This document shows positions 9,346 to 19,357 of a stretch of 24,179 nucleotides of DNA, one piece after another. The stretch comes from a virus (taxonomy: Duplodnaviria; Heunggongvirae; Uroviricota; Caudoviricetes), in IMG/VR virus record IMGVR_UViG_2711768048_000001; one strand, written 5' to 3'. Each line of letters opens with the position of its first letter. The first letter of the stretch is position 1. A program made the translations under genes and the position numbers. Under the pieces are notes generated by a model. It did not search any database. It was not told the DNA's origin and saw nothing but the letters and a program-made list of their open reading frames with translations.

Positions 9346-9520
9346 GTGTGCGTTTCTCCTGCTCTATCCTGTTTGCCTGACTGACCAGCAAGGGAATTTC
9401 ACTGATCGGCATATTCAGCAATTCGAAGGGATTAATGCGCCAGTAGCTGGCGCAGTCAAAGAAGCGATCAGTGAGGTATTCAGCCGTCAGGCCTGGAGGA
9501 AAAAACCAGCCACAAGCCAC
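9338..9520 (-). CDS. -1 frame extension of the tail assembly chaperone (GT-like frameshift product, C-terminal part)
   Basis: This ORF overlaps the 3' end of the chaperone ORF in the -1 frame and ends 4 nt inside the tape-measure start. The slippery heptamer lies in the overlap. Confidence 0.6.
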   Translation of the reverse strand: MACGWFFPPGLTAEYLTDRFFDCASYWRINPFELLNMPISEIPLLVSQANRIEQEKRTHG

Positions 9521-9756
9521 GCCGCTGCATTCAGGTCTGCCGGAGACATCTGGTCGACAGAGCTTTGCGGCACTTTCGCCAGCCGCACAATGTATTTCGA
9601 CACCACATGCGCCAGAAGTCTGACGGACTCATCCTGATTCATCTGGTAGGGATACCCCAGCTCGCGGACATCTTTCCCGGTGGGCTCATCAAACTCCAGT
9701 ACGGAGAGTGTCTCGCCATGAGCGGTAATCGGTTTCTTTAACTCAAGCTCTTTCAT
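9487..9756 (-). CDS. Tail assembly chaperone (Mu gp41 / lambda G analogue)
   Basis: 89 aa between the tail tube and tape-measure genes; carries the slippery site near its 3' end. Confidence 0.65.
   Translation of the reverse strand: MKELELKKPITAHGETLSVLEFDEPTGKDVRELGYPYQMNQDESVRLLAHVVSKYIVRLAKVPQSSVDQMSPADLNAAAWLVAGFFLQA
9499..9505 (-). other. Putative -1 programmed frameshift slippery heptamer T_TTT_TTC
   Basis: Minus strand reads …GCT GGT TTT TTC CTC CAG GCC TGA in frame 0; after a -1 slip it continues …FFPPGLTAEYL… into ORF 9338..9520. Confidence 0.55.
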
Positions 9757-10112
9757 TACTGGTAATCCCCTTCTTCACCGTGGAACTCAAGATCGACCGT
9801 GCCTTCTTCGGCATTATGGTTCGCTTCGCCGTGCAGCCAGGCAGACGACAGTACATAGACCTGACCGTTCGCCAGCTCGGCAGTGATGGTCATCTCATCA
9901 GACGAGGTGATTTTGCTCACCGGAAAATTCTTCGGCACCTTGAAGGTCCCTTTGACATAAGGCGCACGGTGAGTTTCCTTGCGGTCCACTGAACCGTCCA
10001 GGCCGATGATGTCATCATTGACCGTCCTGTTCATGGGCACCTCAATGCCGCCGGTCAGCGATAGCTGCTGACCGTCAATTTTGAAATAACAGGTTCCCCC
10101 GATACGGGCCAT
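9756..10112 (-). CDS. Tail tube protein (Mu gpM-like)
   Basis: 118 aa immediately downstream of the sheath gene, with overlapping start/stop. Confidence 0.7.
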   Translation of the reverse strand: MARIGGTCYFKIDGQQLSLTGGIEVPMNRTVNDDIIGLDGSVDRKETHRAPYVKGTFKVPKNFPVSKITSSDEMTITAELANGQVYVLSSAWLHGEANHNAEEGTVDLEFHGEEGDYQ

Positions 10113-11608
10113 TATGCGGACTCCTCTGAATACTGAAGACGGAACTGGTTAACCACGGCAAAGACACGCAACTGGTTAACATAGTCAGGCGGGAACAGCG
10201 TGTTCAGGCGGTTCGGATCGCTGGCATCACGCTCCACAACCAGGTACTTCTTAAACAGTTCGTAGTTTTCCACGATCCCCGCACGCTCAAGCTGACGGTA
10301 GGTTGCCAGCAGTTCCCCTTTGATCACCGCCGGGGTGACAATCGCCTGACCGGGACCAAAGCGGGTACCGTCACTGGCAAGCTTGTGACGCCCGTACTTA
10401 CTGGTAATGACAGATTTCAATTTGCGCAGTACATACGCGCTGGTATGCAGAGTCTCACTGTCTAGGTAGCTGTTATCCGCAACCCCGTAAGCGTTTTTCC
10501 TGTACGTGGTGACATCACGCTGAATGCGCAGTACCCCGCTTTCGACATACGCCGTTGCCACGCCATGAGACAGCAGGGTCTGTTGTTCGGTCATCGTGAA
10601 CCGTTTCCCCTTCGGCGCAGGCAGCATACCCACCAGCTCACCGGTCTGCGTGGGACGTGCCGGATCGTTGCGAATAAACACCGCTGCGCGGGCGGTACGG
10701 CTTGCCGCCAGTTCGTCGGCAGGCGTCTGGGTCTCTTTTTCGTACCCCGCCAGGGTAATGTGCTGCTGATTAAACTGGTCACCTGCGGTCACCAGTTCTG
10801 ACAGCGTGCCGATCTTTGCCGTATACACATGACCATACAGCTGACGCGCATAGCTCCAGCGACCACTGGTATCGTTCATCTCGGTCACCAGCGTGTTAAC
10901 GGAGGCCGTGTCGTTGAACGGCAGGCCGATATAATCAAACGGCTCATCCGCCATTGCAGCCACCGCGCCGGTGAGAACCGGAGCACCCGTACCGGCGGTA
11001 CCCGTCGCCACGGCAATCTGTACGCCCGCTGGCAGCACTTCGCCCCCACCAAAGCCGTAGTAATTGAGGCTGACAGGAATTTCATTCCCGCAAAGCCCCT
11101 TATGACGCGCGGTCAGTGTGACCACGCCTGCCGAAGATGAAGCCGTAAACGGCAGGGCCGGAACGGCATTGATGGCATCTTTGATACTGCTGGCAATCGT
11201 CGTGACGTTATCGCCGTTGGTCACCGGAGCCTGCACGCGGGTACGTCCCACATAGACATTCACCGTGCCGGTTTCGGTTGCCTCCCCGGTCACCGTCAGC
11301 GTAACCGTTGCCGCCGCGCCTGTGGATTCAGGAACGGCAATCACATACAGCTCGCCAAACGGGTCGGTCTGGCGATAAGCCTCGACCATACGCGCCAGCT
11401 GACTTCCCGCACCACAAATCTGGCGTGCATAGTCTGCCGACGGCATCAGTACCAGACTGTTGGCAACAATCTCTGCACCGTTATTGGCATGACCAATCAG
11501 CAGCGATGCTCCGCTGTCCTGTGCAGTATTCGCCGCCTGGTTATCCATTTCCGCATAAAACAGCGGAACCAGCGTATTCGACGGAATGGTGTTAAAGCTT
11601 ATCGTCAT
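10112..11608 (-). CDS. Contractile tail sheath protein (Mu gpL-like)
   Basis: 498 aa; size and position upstream of tube, chaperone and tape-measure genes. Confidence 0.8.
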   Translation of the reverse strand: MTISFNTIPSNTLVPLFYAEMDNQAANTAQDSGASLLIGHANNGAEIVANSLVLMPSADYARQICGAGSQLARMVEAYRQTDPFGELYVIAVPESTGAAATVTLTVTGEATETGTVNVYVGRTRVQAPVTNGDNVTTIASSIKDAINAVPALPFTASSSAGVVTLTARHKGLCGNEIPVSLNYYGFGGGEVLPAGVQIAVATGTAGTGAPVLTGAVAAMADEPFDYIGLPFNDTASVNTLVTEMNDTSGRWSYARQLYGHVYTAKIGTLSELVTAGDQFNQQHITLAGYEKETQTPADELAASRTARAAVFIRNDPARPTQTGELVGMLPAPKGKRFTMTEQQTLLSHGVATAYVESGVLRIQRDVTTYRKNAYGVADNSYLDSETLHTSAYVLRKLKSVITSKYGRHKLASDGTRFGPGQAIVTPAVIKGELLATYRQLERAGIVENYELFKKYLVVERDASDPNRLNTLFPPDYVNQLRVFAVVNQFRLQYSEESA

Positions 11609-11762
11609 CGGTGTTCACCTTTTTATTCACGCGCCGGATATCACCCGCTGCTTCACGGCGCAGCCAGTAGTTGTTCTCGTCAACATTTCGCCCTTCGGCG
11701 GGCAAAAGGTCGCCGCGGGCAGGATCAGGAACTGACCGCCCTTTAACAGGTTTGACAAACAT
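11592..11762 (-). CDS. Small basic protein (56 aa) upstream of the sheath gene, unknown function
   Basis: Not in the supplied track (below its size cut-off). ATG at 11762 preceded by GAGGA with a 5-nt spacer; stop overlaps the sheath start by 17 nt. Translation MFVKPVKGRSVPDPARGDLLPAEGRNVDENNYWLRREAAGDIRRVNKKVNTDDKL. Confidence 0.4.
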   Translation of the reverse strand: MFVKPVKGRSVPDPARGDLLPAEGRNVDENNYWLRREAAGDIRRVNKKVNTDDDKL

Positions 11763-11770
11763 GAGGATCC

Positions 11771-12331
11771 TCAGGAAGGAAGGGTTATTTCGGTGTGATG
11801 TTCGATATCGCCGTCAGGCCCGTTACCGGGCTCGAGATAATCAACATCAATCGCCAGCGTTTGCAGTTCATCCAGACTGTTCAGATCATCCTGCTGGCGG
11901 GTATCGTCTTCAGTCAGCTCGCTGATGACCGAAAAATCGAACTGATAAATCAGCTCATGACGATTCAGATCCAGCAGCGTGCCGCCGTCATAGGTAATCG
12001 GGTTACCGCACGCCTCCGGGTTCCAGCCCAGCAGGGCCTTAAAGAGCATCTGCCGGACATCGTCCACCACATCATACGAAGCAAACTGACCGCGCTCATC
12101 ACGCCCGTTACTCAGTATGACAACCACGGAGAAGCCCTCTTTCAGCTCCTGCCAGTAGTCGGTCTGGCTTTTGTTTTCTCCCGGAGAGTCATCACCCGGT
12201 ACCACATACGCCGCCGGGAGTCTCAGCTTTCCGACCTCCGGCAGATTTTTGAACTGTGCCGCGCCTGCCACCCGGTTTTCAAAATACGGGCAGCGGGCAC
12301 GCAGCGCAGCAATAACAGGCGTCAGTTTCAT
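11771..12331 (-). CDS. Tail completion / neck protein (exact family uncertain)
   Basis: 186 aa between the head-tail connector genes and the sheath. Confidence 0.45.
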   Translation of the reverse strand: MKLTPVIAALRARCPYFENRVAGAAQFKNLPEVGKLRLPAAYVVPGDDSPGENKSQTDYWQELKEGFSVVVILSNGRDERGQFASYDVVDDVRQMLFKALLGWNPEACGNPITYDGGTLLDLNRHELIYQFDFSVISELTEDDTRQQDDLNSLDELQTLAIDVDYLEPGNGPDGDIEHHTEITLPS

Positions 12332-12834
12332 CTGTGTCGTCGCTCCGGCTTCAGTGATTTACGCAATTCCCGCGCCAGAAAATAGCGTGTCCAGCTGCGG
12401 TTCTTTTCAAGCGTTTCCACCATGAAGTTATTACGTGGAGCCAGTCGCCAGCCGCTGCCACCGGATGCACCACGATGATGACTGCGACGACGTTTTGCCC
12501 CTCGCCTCACGCCATAGAACAAAAAAGCCGGATAAAAATCACCGGTGATACGGCGGTTTCCCTCTCCATTACGCTGGTTAGGGGCTATACGTGCCATAAA
12601 ACCAGGGCGATGTTTACTGGCTCTGGGTACCATGTAACCAATCGAACGAGCCAGGCGTCCGGTCTGATAACCGGGGTTTTCACCCGGTGCCGACCGCGCA
12701 CGGCGCATCACCAGCCGACGGGCATCACGCATATGACGCTGACCAATCGTGACAAACGCCCGCCGGACACGGGCGCGGTTAAAGCGCATCTCCGCGGGCT
12801 GCTGAAAATCAACGTGCAAAAAGGAAGTCGTCAT
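12328..12834 (-). CDS. Head-tail joining / tail component protein (HK97 gp10-like, tentative)
   Basis: 168 aa, very basic, within the connector block; start overlaps the upstream gene. Confidence 0.4.
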   Translation of the reverse strand: MTTSFLHVDFQQPAEMRFNRARVRRAFVTIGQRHMRDARRLVMRRARSAPGENPGYQTGRLARSIGYMVPRASKHRPGFMARIAPNQRNGEGNRRITGDFYPAFLFYGVRRGAKRRRSHHRGASGGSGWRLAPRNNFMVETLEKNRSWTRYFLARELRKSLKPERRHR

Positions 12835-13219
12835 TGTTGCCTCCGTGACTCTGCCTACATTCGCCCAGCTCCGTACACTCCAGCAGCAGAAAGCGCCGCG
12901 CCCCGTTCAGATCGCGCTGACGTTTCACCCGGTACACACTGTCACCGCAGACCACCTCATAATCAGCGGTGATCCCCCGGCGGTAACGAATGGTGATGTA
13001 ATGGGTGATGGCGTCCCCGGTCTGCGCGGTTTCCTGCCAGGTGGTGGCACTGGTCTGGATAACCTTCGCCCATGTCCGGAACGTAACCGGGTATTGAGGC
13101 TCCACGCCAAAGTTATCCGCGGGCATATCCACCCGCAGGCGGATCAGGACGCGTTTATTCAGTTCACCGGGGTCCGGCAGAATGTAGGTTGCGCTGGTCT
13201 GCGCCTGACGAATTTTCAT
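12809..13219 (-). CDS. Head closure / head-tail adaptor protein
   Basis: 136 aa in the conserved connector position downstream of the gp6-like gene. Confidence 0.5.
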   Translation of the reverse strand: MKIRQAQTSATYILPDPGELNKRVLIRLRVDMPADNFGVEPQYPVTFRTWAKVIQTSATTWQETAQTGDAITHYITIRYRRGITADYEVVCGDSVYRVKRQRDLNGARRFLLLECTELGECRQSHGGNNDDFLFAR

Positions 13220-13539
13220 TGCGGAAAGTACCTGTACGGGCCGACAAGCCAGCCAAAACTCTGCGGCATGTCGAGTTTCTCCACTTCCGTAACCGACGAG
13301 CGGTTTTCGTAAAAATGGCTGATAAGCATCAGCATCCCCAGACGAATATCATCCGGCAGGTGCAGCCCGTCCGGATCGCTGTCCGGAATGGTTTCATCCG
13401 GTGCATAGAGCTTCCGGTTCAGATACGTTTCCGTCCGCTTTTGTGCCGCACATGCCAGCAGTTGCAGATGGCGGTCATCAGTATCGAAATCCTCATCCAG
13501 CCGGAGTTGGGCTTTAATCTCTTCCATTGTCAGAAGCAT
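13216..13539 (-). CDS. Head-tail connector protein (HK97 gp6-like)
   Basis: 107 aa, acidic, typical size and position after the capsid gene. Confidence 0.5.
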   Translation of the reverse strand: MLLTMEEIKAQLRLDEDFDTDDRHLQLLACAAQKRTETYLNRKLYAPDETIPDSDPDGLHLPDDIRLGMLMLISHFYENRSSVTEVEKLDMPQSFGWLVGPYRYFPQ

Positions 13540-13541
13540 AC

Positions 13542-13742
13542 TCAGCCCTCTTTACTGGTCGTGGCTTTTTTCTCTTTTGCCGCTTTACTGCTTTTTGCAC
13601 TGATTCCGCGCTCTGCTAACCCGGCCTGAAGTGCAATCTCCTGCACCCGGGCAGGAAGCGCCCCGTCGTCATACTCACCGGCCTGAATGACCTCAACACG
13701 CATACCGTCCGGTGACCATTTCAGATCTTGTTTCAGGATCAT
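13542..13742 (-). CDS. Small hypothetical head-associated protein (66 aa)
   Basis: ORF between the capsid and connector genes with a Lys-rich C-terminus. Confidence 0.4.
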   Translation of the reverse strand: MILKQDLKWSPDGMRVEVIQAGEYDDGALPARVQEIALQAGLAERGISAKSSKAAKEKKATTSKEG

Positions 13743-13791
13743 GATTCTTCACCCGTCAGAACAGGGGGCGCGGTTCCGCGCCCCTGAGTGA

Positions 13792-14997
13792 TCACGCCGC
13801 TGCAATCTTCAGCAGTTTGATGGCCTGCGAATCGACCAGCATCCCGCCGGTGCGCTTGGTGGTATAAAAACCGACAAACGGTTTATTGGTGTACGGGTCA
13901 CGCAGAATGCGGGTGCCGATACGGTCAACGATGGTGTAACCCCGTTTGAAGTTACCAAATGCAATGGCTTTCGCATCAGCGGCGATATCCGGCATCTGTT
14001 CGTTTTCAGCGATACCGTAACCCGCCAGAGAGGACGGCTGCCCCAGTTCCAGCCCCGGACGCCACAGATAGTTACCCTCGCTGTCTTTCAGCAGACGGAT
14101 GGCAAACAGGCTGTTGTTGTTCATCATGAACTTCGCGCCAGTGCGGTGTGCCTTACGCAGCGTGTAAATCAGTTTGATAATGGCGTCTGCGGTCACCGCG
14201 GTCGCTTCGCCGGATACAATATGCTGAAGTTTGCCGAACGCCCGGACCTTGTCGGTTTCATCAGTGGATTCATACGCCAGGAACCCTTTCGGCTTCTTGG
14301 TGCCATCGCCTGAGGTAAAGGCAATTTCTTCCTGTTCGGCAAATTCGGTTGCCAGCTCGCTGTTGATCCAGGCCTCCACGTTGAAGAAGGCATCGTCCAG
14401 CATTTTCTGGGTAGCCTGCGGGTTGCCGTAGATTTCCCCCATGAGAGGTTCAATCAGCTCCAGTCTGGAGGTGGCAGTCTGGGATCGCGTATCCGTTTCC
14501 CCCACCCATCCGGAAGCCGTACCGCCCAGATTCACCAGTTTTTTGTAGTCGGAACCGCCAACGGTGATCACCGTGGCTTCCTGACGCATCACCACTTCAT
14601 CTTTCAGCAGGTTAAGAATGTTGCGATCCAGTTCTTCCGGCACGGCGTAGCCACCGTCTTCATCGGTACCCACCTGCAATGCCTTACGCTCCAGATCGCG
14701 CAGACCGTCTTCACGGCCTTTACGCAGGAAGCCCACAAACGCCTCTTTATGCTCGGTGGCCAGTTTATTTTGCGCTCCACCTGCCGGACGTTTCAGCTCA
14801 AGCAGCTCTTTTTCAAGGTCGCTTTTGAGATTTTCCAGCTCGCTGAGTTTCCCGTTCAGGGTTTCCACCTGCCCGGCAAGCTTGCCTTTTTCCTGCTCAA
14901 TCGCATCCACGCGCTTGTCGTTCTTTGCTTTGAAGTCGTCAAACTTCTGCTGCAGCTCCTGCGCGACCTGTTCGACATCTTTAATATCAACCGCCAT
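13792..14997 (-). CDS. Major capsid protein, HK97 family (with N-terminal coiled-coil delta/scaffold domain)
   Basis: 401 aa; the first ~100 residues are strongly coiled-coil (…KLSELENLKSDLEKELLELKR…), followed by an HK97-fold-like body; directly downstream of the prohead protease. Confidence 0.8.
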   Translation of the reverse strand: MAVDIKDVEQVAQELQQKFDDFKAKNDKRVDAIEQEKGKLAGQVETLNGKLSELENLKSDLEKELLELKRPAGGAQNKLATEHKEAFVGFLRKGREDGLRDLERKALQVGTDEDGGYAVPEELDRNILNLLKDEVVMRQEATVITVGGSDYKKLVNLGGTASGWVGETDTRSQTATSRLELIEPLMGEIYGNPQATQKMLDDAFFNVEAWINSELATEFAEQEEIAFTSGDGTKKPKGFLAYESTDETDKVRAFGKLQHIVSGEATAVTADAIIKLIYTLRKAHRTGAKFMMNNNSLFAIRLLKDSEGNYLWRPGLELGQPSSLAGYGIAENEQMPDIAADAKAIAFGNFKRGYTIVDRIGTRILRDPYTNKPFVGFYTTKRTGGMLVDSQAIKLLKIAAA

Positions 14998-15011
14998 CGT
15001 ATTTCTCCTGA

Positions 15012-15659
15012 TTAGAAGTTCAGATTTTTCAGTGCATTCAGTGCAGAGCCCACATCCTCAGCGTCGCGCAGGGACAGTGCGCCATAGCCCCCGGCCATGA
15101 ATGCTTTGGCCTGGGTACGGGAGAGTCCGACATCACGCAGGACTCTTTCGATTTTTTTCTGTTCGGGGATTTCCCCGCGGGCCAGTGCGTTCTTGACGTC
15201 GCTGATCCGCGCCTCGTCGTTAGACGGGAACGTCACCAGGCTGACTTCCCAGAGGTCGATTTCTTTCAGCAGAAAGGCTTCTTTGCTCCGGTCGTATTCC
15301 CAGTCTTTCAGGACGTACCCAATAGAAAGGCCGGTTAACGAACCGGCCTTCATGTGTGCATGTGCGCGTTTTGCCAGGGGATCATCATCAATAAGCAACC
15401 GTCCCCTGACGTAAAGCCCGACATCGTCTTCCTTCATTTCGGTGTAAACACCGATGGGTTCATCCATGCGGTGCTGCCAGAGCAGTGCAGGTAACGCTTT
15501 TCGGTCACTCCACGCCCGCAGGGAAGCAGCAAATGCCCCGGACATCACCACATCATCGTGGCTGTCCTTTACACCAAAGACGGAGCCATACCCTTCAAAC
15601 TCACCGGAGTCACTGACAGATTTCAGACTCAGCGGTACATCAAGACGTTGTTTCGTCTG
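15012..15659 (-). CDS. Prohead maturation protease (HK97 gp4 family)
   Basis: The track ORF runs 15012..15698, but the ATG at 15659 (MQTKQRL…) has an AAGGA ribosome-binding site and the ATG at 15698 has none. Sits between portal and capsid genes. Confidence 0.7.
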   Translation of the reverse strand, partial: QTKQRLDVPLSLKSVSDSGEFEGYGSVFGVKDSHDDVVMSGAFAASLRAWSDRKALPALLWQHRMDEPIGVYTEMKEDDVGLYVRGRLLIDDDPLAKRAHAHMKAGSLTGLSIGYVLKDWEYDRSKEAFLLKEIDLWEVSLVTFPSNDEARISDVKNALARGEIPEQKKIERVLRDVGLSRTQAKAFMAGGYGALSLRDAEDVGSALNALKNLNF

Positions 15660-16881
15660 CATTGGCGTTATCCTTCTGCTTACCGGCCTTACTGCCATCG
15701 GAGGGTTTCGTGGTCATGTTCATCGGTGTGAGATAGACATCACCACCGGGACGCGGATTCATATCTTCCAGGTCGCGGCAGTCATTGGGAGAGTAAATTC
15801 CCCAGTTGATCCCGGTGGCGTAGGCTTCAAAACGGGACTTCATATCCCCGCGCAGTAACGCCCCGGCGTTAAATTTGGCGTAATAAACGCCCTGCTTACT
15901 TTTTCGTACCAGTCCGGTGTTGATCCGCTGTTCGATGCGGGTCAGATACGGCACCAGTGAATAGTTGATAAATCCCAGCCCCAGCTCTTCGATATTGTTG
16001 AAGGTGGCGCGATCGGTGTTCTGCACCATGTGCAACGGCACCCGGAACAGACGACAGATTTCTTCAAGCTGAAACTTGCGGGTTTCCAGGAACTGGCTGT
16101 CCTCGGCGTTCAGCGCCATCGACTTCCAGTCCAGCCCCATCTCAAGGATCATCGGGCGGTGAGCATTGCCAAGCCCGGTGTGACGCTCCTCAAAATCTTT
16201 CTTCAGGCGCTCATAAGCCTGATCTGACAGCGTCTGCTCTGTACGCAACACACCCGACGTCACCGCGCCATTGCTGAACAGTCTGGCCCCGTGCTCTTCG
16301 GTCGCTGCCGCCAGCGATATTGCCTCGCGGGCATAGGCGATGGGATTCAGCCCCACCAGTCCGTCCAGCGTCAGCGTGCGCACATGCCAGATATCCTCCT
16401 GGCTCAGTACATCCGTGGAGCCATCCGGGAATGTGACCTGATAGATCGGCTCCCAGCTACTGTTAAGCTTCGGTACCACACAGCCGGGATCGACGGGCAG
16501 CAGTTCAGCCACTTCGCCAAATGCTTTCACTTTGTAGGCGTAAAAGTTTCCCCGCAGGCACAGACAGGTGACCACCAGCTCCCAGAACTCCTGCGGCGTC
16601 ATATAGCCATTGGGATGCGTGGAGATCAGCTTATGCAGACGTTCGCCAGTGGCTCTCTGCTTCAGGCTGCCGTTCAGGTGATACAGGTTGCAGGGCAACA
16701 TCCCGACCGACTCCGCCAGCACCCTGACACAGGAAAAAACCGCCGTCAGTCGCATGGCCCGCTGGCTGCTGATCTGTTTTCCGGTATAGGTGTCGTAGGA
16801 CAACCCGATAGCATCCGCCAGCTCTGCTGGCGTGGTCACCGGTGCGTCACTTTTTCGTTGAAATAATCCCGAAAAGAACAC
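15640..16881 (-). CDS. Portal protein (HK97 family)
   Basis: 413 aa downstream of the large terminase; GTG start preceded by GGAGGT. Confidence 0.8.
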   Translation of the reverse strand: MFFSGLFQRKSDAPVTTPAELADAIGLSYDTYTGKQISSQRAMRLTAVFSCVRVLAESVGMLPCNLYHLNGSLKQRATGERLHKLISTHPNGYMTPQEFWELVVTCLCLRGNFYAYKVKAFGEVAELLPVDPGCVVPKLNSSWEPIYQVTFPDGSTDVLSQEDIWHVRTLTLDGLVGLNPIAYAREAISLAAATEEHGARLFSNGAVTSGVLRTEQTLSDQAYERLKKDFEERHTGLGNAHRPMILEMGLDWKSMALNAEDSQFLETRKFQLEEICRLFRVPLHMVQNTDRATFNNIEELGLGFINYSLVPYLTRIEQRINTGLVRKSKQGVYYAKFNAGALLRGDMKSRFEAYATGINWGIYSPNDCRDLEDMNPRPGGDVYLTPMNMTTKPSDGSKAGKQKDNANADETTS

Positions 16882-17063
16882 TATTTACCTCCGCCGACAG
16901 ACGACTGTGTACGGTCGAGATATCGCGCCACCAGCCACGACCAGAACAGACACAACGCCCCGACAACAACAAACCCCGCCGGGGGATAAATCAGCCAGGC
17001 ACCATACGCCAGCAAAAGCGCCCCCAGCACGCCCACCAGAGGCGCGAGAATCAGCATGATCAT
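16881..17063 (-). CDS. Small hydrophobic protein (60 aa, two predicted transmembrane helices) between terminase and portal
   Basis: [49 protein letters not shown]…; ATG with GAGGT upstream; its stop overlaps the portal start codon by 1 nt. Confidence 0.45.
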   Translation of the reverse strand: MIMLILAPLVGVLGALLLAYGAWLIYPPAGFVVVGALCLFWSWLVARYLDRTQSSVGGGK

Positions 17064-17074
17064 AATTACCTCAG

Positions 17075-18808
17075 TTAAAGCGAGCGGATCCCATAGGACT
17101 CAATGTGGTCAGACAGCGTGTCTTCTTTCTCGTACAGCATGGCTCTGCCAACCGCCATAATCAGCGCAACTGCACCATCGATTTTGTTTTCCGCCTGCTC
17201 TTTGACGGGCTTCACCACATCATCGTTACCTGGCATGTTTTTGCCGACCACATTGCCGATACACCAGGTCATGATGGGATTGCCGTCATGATGAAAGCGT
17301 CCCGATTCAATCGCTGCCTCCAGCTCTTTCATCGGGTCGGACATATTGGCGAAGTTCTGGACGATAGTAACGGGATTCAGGTCTTCATCAGCAAGGTCAT
17401 GTGACAGCCCGGTCGCTCCGAAAGGGTCGATGGGTGACTCACTGACCGGGCTGATTTTGTTCGCCGCTTTGGCCTCTTCGAGGATGTAGCGATAATCCAC
17501 CTCTGCACCATCGGTAACGGTCAGAACGCCCATTTCCACCCATTTCTGAAAGCGTTCGGCTGTCCGTCGATCTTCATTTTTCTCGACGCTGTACACCGTG
17601 TCATACGGTACCCAGAAACGCGGGGCCACACTGTAGTAATGCGTTTTACCGTCAATCTCGCGGGTATAAAGTCGCGCCATGCTGTTCATATCCAGCTTAC
17701 GCGCCAGGTCAAAGGCCAGAATGCACGGCTGCCCCTCGAACTGCTCAAGGGTCAGTGATTTATCCTCGCAGCTCTGCCAGCTCACCAGGTTGAAATACGC
17801 CGAACGTGCCGACACCCAGATATTGAGGTGTTTTGTTTTAAAGACGTTTGCCAGACGGGCGTTATTTTTCGCACGCTGCTGCTGACTTAACAAAAATTCG
17901 CGATAAACCGACACGCCAATATTTGGATTGGCTTTTTCCAGCACCTGCGGGTCGGTCCAGTCGTCACCTTCATCAACGGTATAGATGATCCCGAACAGTT
18001 CATCGTTGGGCACCGAGCCGTTGAGCATCTCGATGACTTCCCGCCGCTTGTCGTAGCACGGCCCCTCAATGTTGTACCCGGCGGTAGTGATAGCCCACAT
18101 CAGTGGCTGACGTCGCGCCCCCATCCCGGTAAGCATCGTGGTGTAAAGCGCATCTGTGGCGTGCTCGTGATATTCATCCACCACCGCACAGTGGGGTGAT
18201 GAACCATCACCGGGGTTACCGATCAGCGGTTCAAAACGCGCACCATCCTCCGGACGGTTCATGTTTGAGGCGTTAACCTCAATCCCGAACGCTTCCGTCA
18301 GCATGGGTGTGCGTTTACACATCAGTCTTGCCGGACGAAAGACTTCCCATGCCTGTTTCTCCGTCGTGGCACCGGAATACACTTCCGCGCCGAACTCGTT
18401 ATCACAGGCAAAACAATACAGGGCGACACCGGCAGAGATTGCCGATTTGCCGTTCTTACGGGGGATTTCGGTATACACCTCACGGAAGCGGCGCAGCCGG
18501 GAGCCTTTATTGACCCAGCCAAACGCGCAGCAGATCACAAAGAGCTGCCACGGCTCCAGCGTGATGGGCATCCTCTTAAATGCCCACTCACCCTTGGTGT
18601 GCGGCAACAGCTGAATAAATTTGGCGGCCCGTTCAGCCAGGTCCTTGTCGAAGCGGTAACGAAACGACTTACTTTTTTCCGCCATCAGGTCATCAAGATG
18701 GCGCTGGCAGGCCTGAATCACAAACTGGCAGGCCACAATCTTTCCGCGCACGACATCCCGGGCATACTGATTGGCAGCATTTACGTTGGGGTAAGATTTC
18801 CGGCTCAT
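17075..18808 (-). CDS. Terminase large subunit
   Basis: 577 aa directly after the small terminase, with ATPase and nuclease domain organisation typical of TerL. Confidence 0.85.
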   Translation of the reverse strand: MSRKSYPNVNAANQYARDVVRGKIVACQFVIQACQRHLDDLMAEKSKSFRYRFDKDLAERAAKFIQLLPHTKGEWAFKRMPITLEPWQLFVICCAFGWVNKGSRLRRFREVYTEIPRKNGKSAISAGVALYCFACDNEFGAEVYSGATTEKQAWEVFRPARLMCKRTPMLTEAFGIEVNASNMNRPEDGARFEPLIGNPGDGSSPHCAVVDEYHEHATDALYTTMLTGMGARRQPLMWAITTAGYNIEGPCYDKRREVIEMLNGSVPNDELFGIIYTVDEGDDWTDPQVLEKANPNIGVSVYREFLLSQQQRAKNNARLANVFKTKHLNIWVSARSAYFNLVSWQSCEDKSLTLEQFEGQPCILAFDLARKLDMNSMARLYTREIDGKTHYYSVAPRFWVPYDTVYSVEKNEDRRTAERFQKWVEMGVLTVTDGAEVDYRYILEEAKAANKISPVSESPIDPFGATGLSHDLADEDLNPVTIVQNFANMSDPMKELEAAIESGRFHHDGNPIMTWCIGNVVGKNMPGNDDVVKPVKEQAENKIDGAVALIMAVGRAMLYEKEDTLSDHIESYGIRSL

Positions 18809-18821
18809 GATTCGATGATTT

Positions 18822-19316
18822 TCAGATTGTCAGAAACGGGTTAGTGGCTTTCTTCTTCCCCGCCAGGCCAATCAGACGCTGGCGGCTGCTGGGGTCGAGT
18901 CCGAGCATTGCCCCCGTGCTGCTCATCTCGGACTCCTGTTCTTTTTTGGCGGTCAGCTCCGGATTTTTGACCATGCCACCCATTGCACCGGTGATGGTGT
19001 TACCCTGTCTGGCAATATTTTTCACGGCACGTCGCCAGAACTCATAGGCCACACACCACCGCTCAAGTACCGCCAGGTCAGTCACGCACAGCAGGCCCTG
19101 ACCGCAGAGTTCTTTGGTTGTCAGTTGCCACATGATCGTGGCGAGAGGGAGATCTTCTTCAGCGAACCACTCCGGTGGCTCAACACCTTTGATGGGCGTA
19201 AAAACAGGTTCATCTTTATTCAGGGCTCGCTTGCCGGGGTTTCCGGCCAGCGCCTTGCGCGCCGTTGGCTTGGGGCGACGCCCGGAACGCCCCGCCGTTC
19301 CAGCCATATGCGGCAC
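18822..19316 (-). CDS. Terminase small subunit (P27 family)
   Basis: Start is probably the ATG at 19307 ([14 protein letters not shown]…); the track ORF begins at a GTG at 19316. Basic N-terminus, immediately upstream of TerL. Confidence 0.75.
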   Translation of the reverse strand: MPHMAGTAGRSGRRPKPTARKALAGNPGKRALNKDEPVFTPIKGVEPPEWFAEEDLPLATIMWQLTTKELCGQGLLCVTDLAVLERWCVAYEFWRRAVKNIARQGNTITGAMGGMVKNPELTAKKEQESEMSSTGAMLGLDPSSRQRLIGLAGKKKATNPFLTI

Positions 19317-19357
19317 TCCAGGTTAAATTTCATTTTTCGCGGGTATAAAAAAACGAT

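Noticed and set aside
12475-13312. Plus-strand ORFs (165 and 155 aa) overlapping the head-tail connector genes
   Set aside because: Antisense to tightly packed, translationally coupled minus-strand genes; low-complexity basic translations.
14749-15414. Plus-strand ORFs opposite the capsid and protease genes
   Set aside because: Shadow frames of the coiled-coil-coding region (Ser/Leu/Phe-rich); no start signals.
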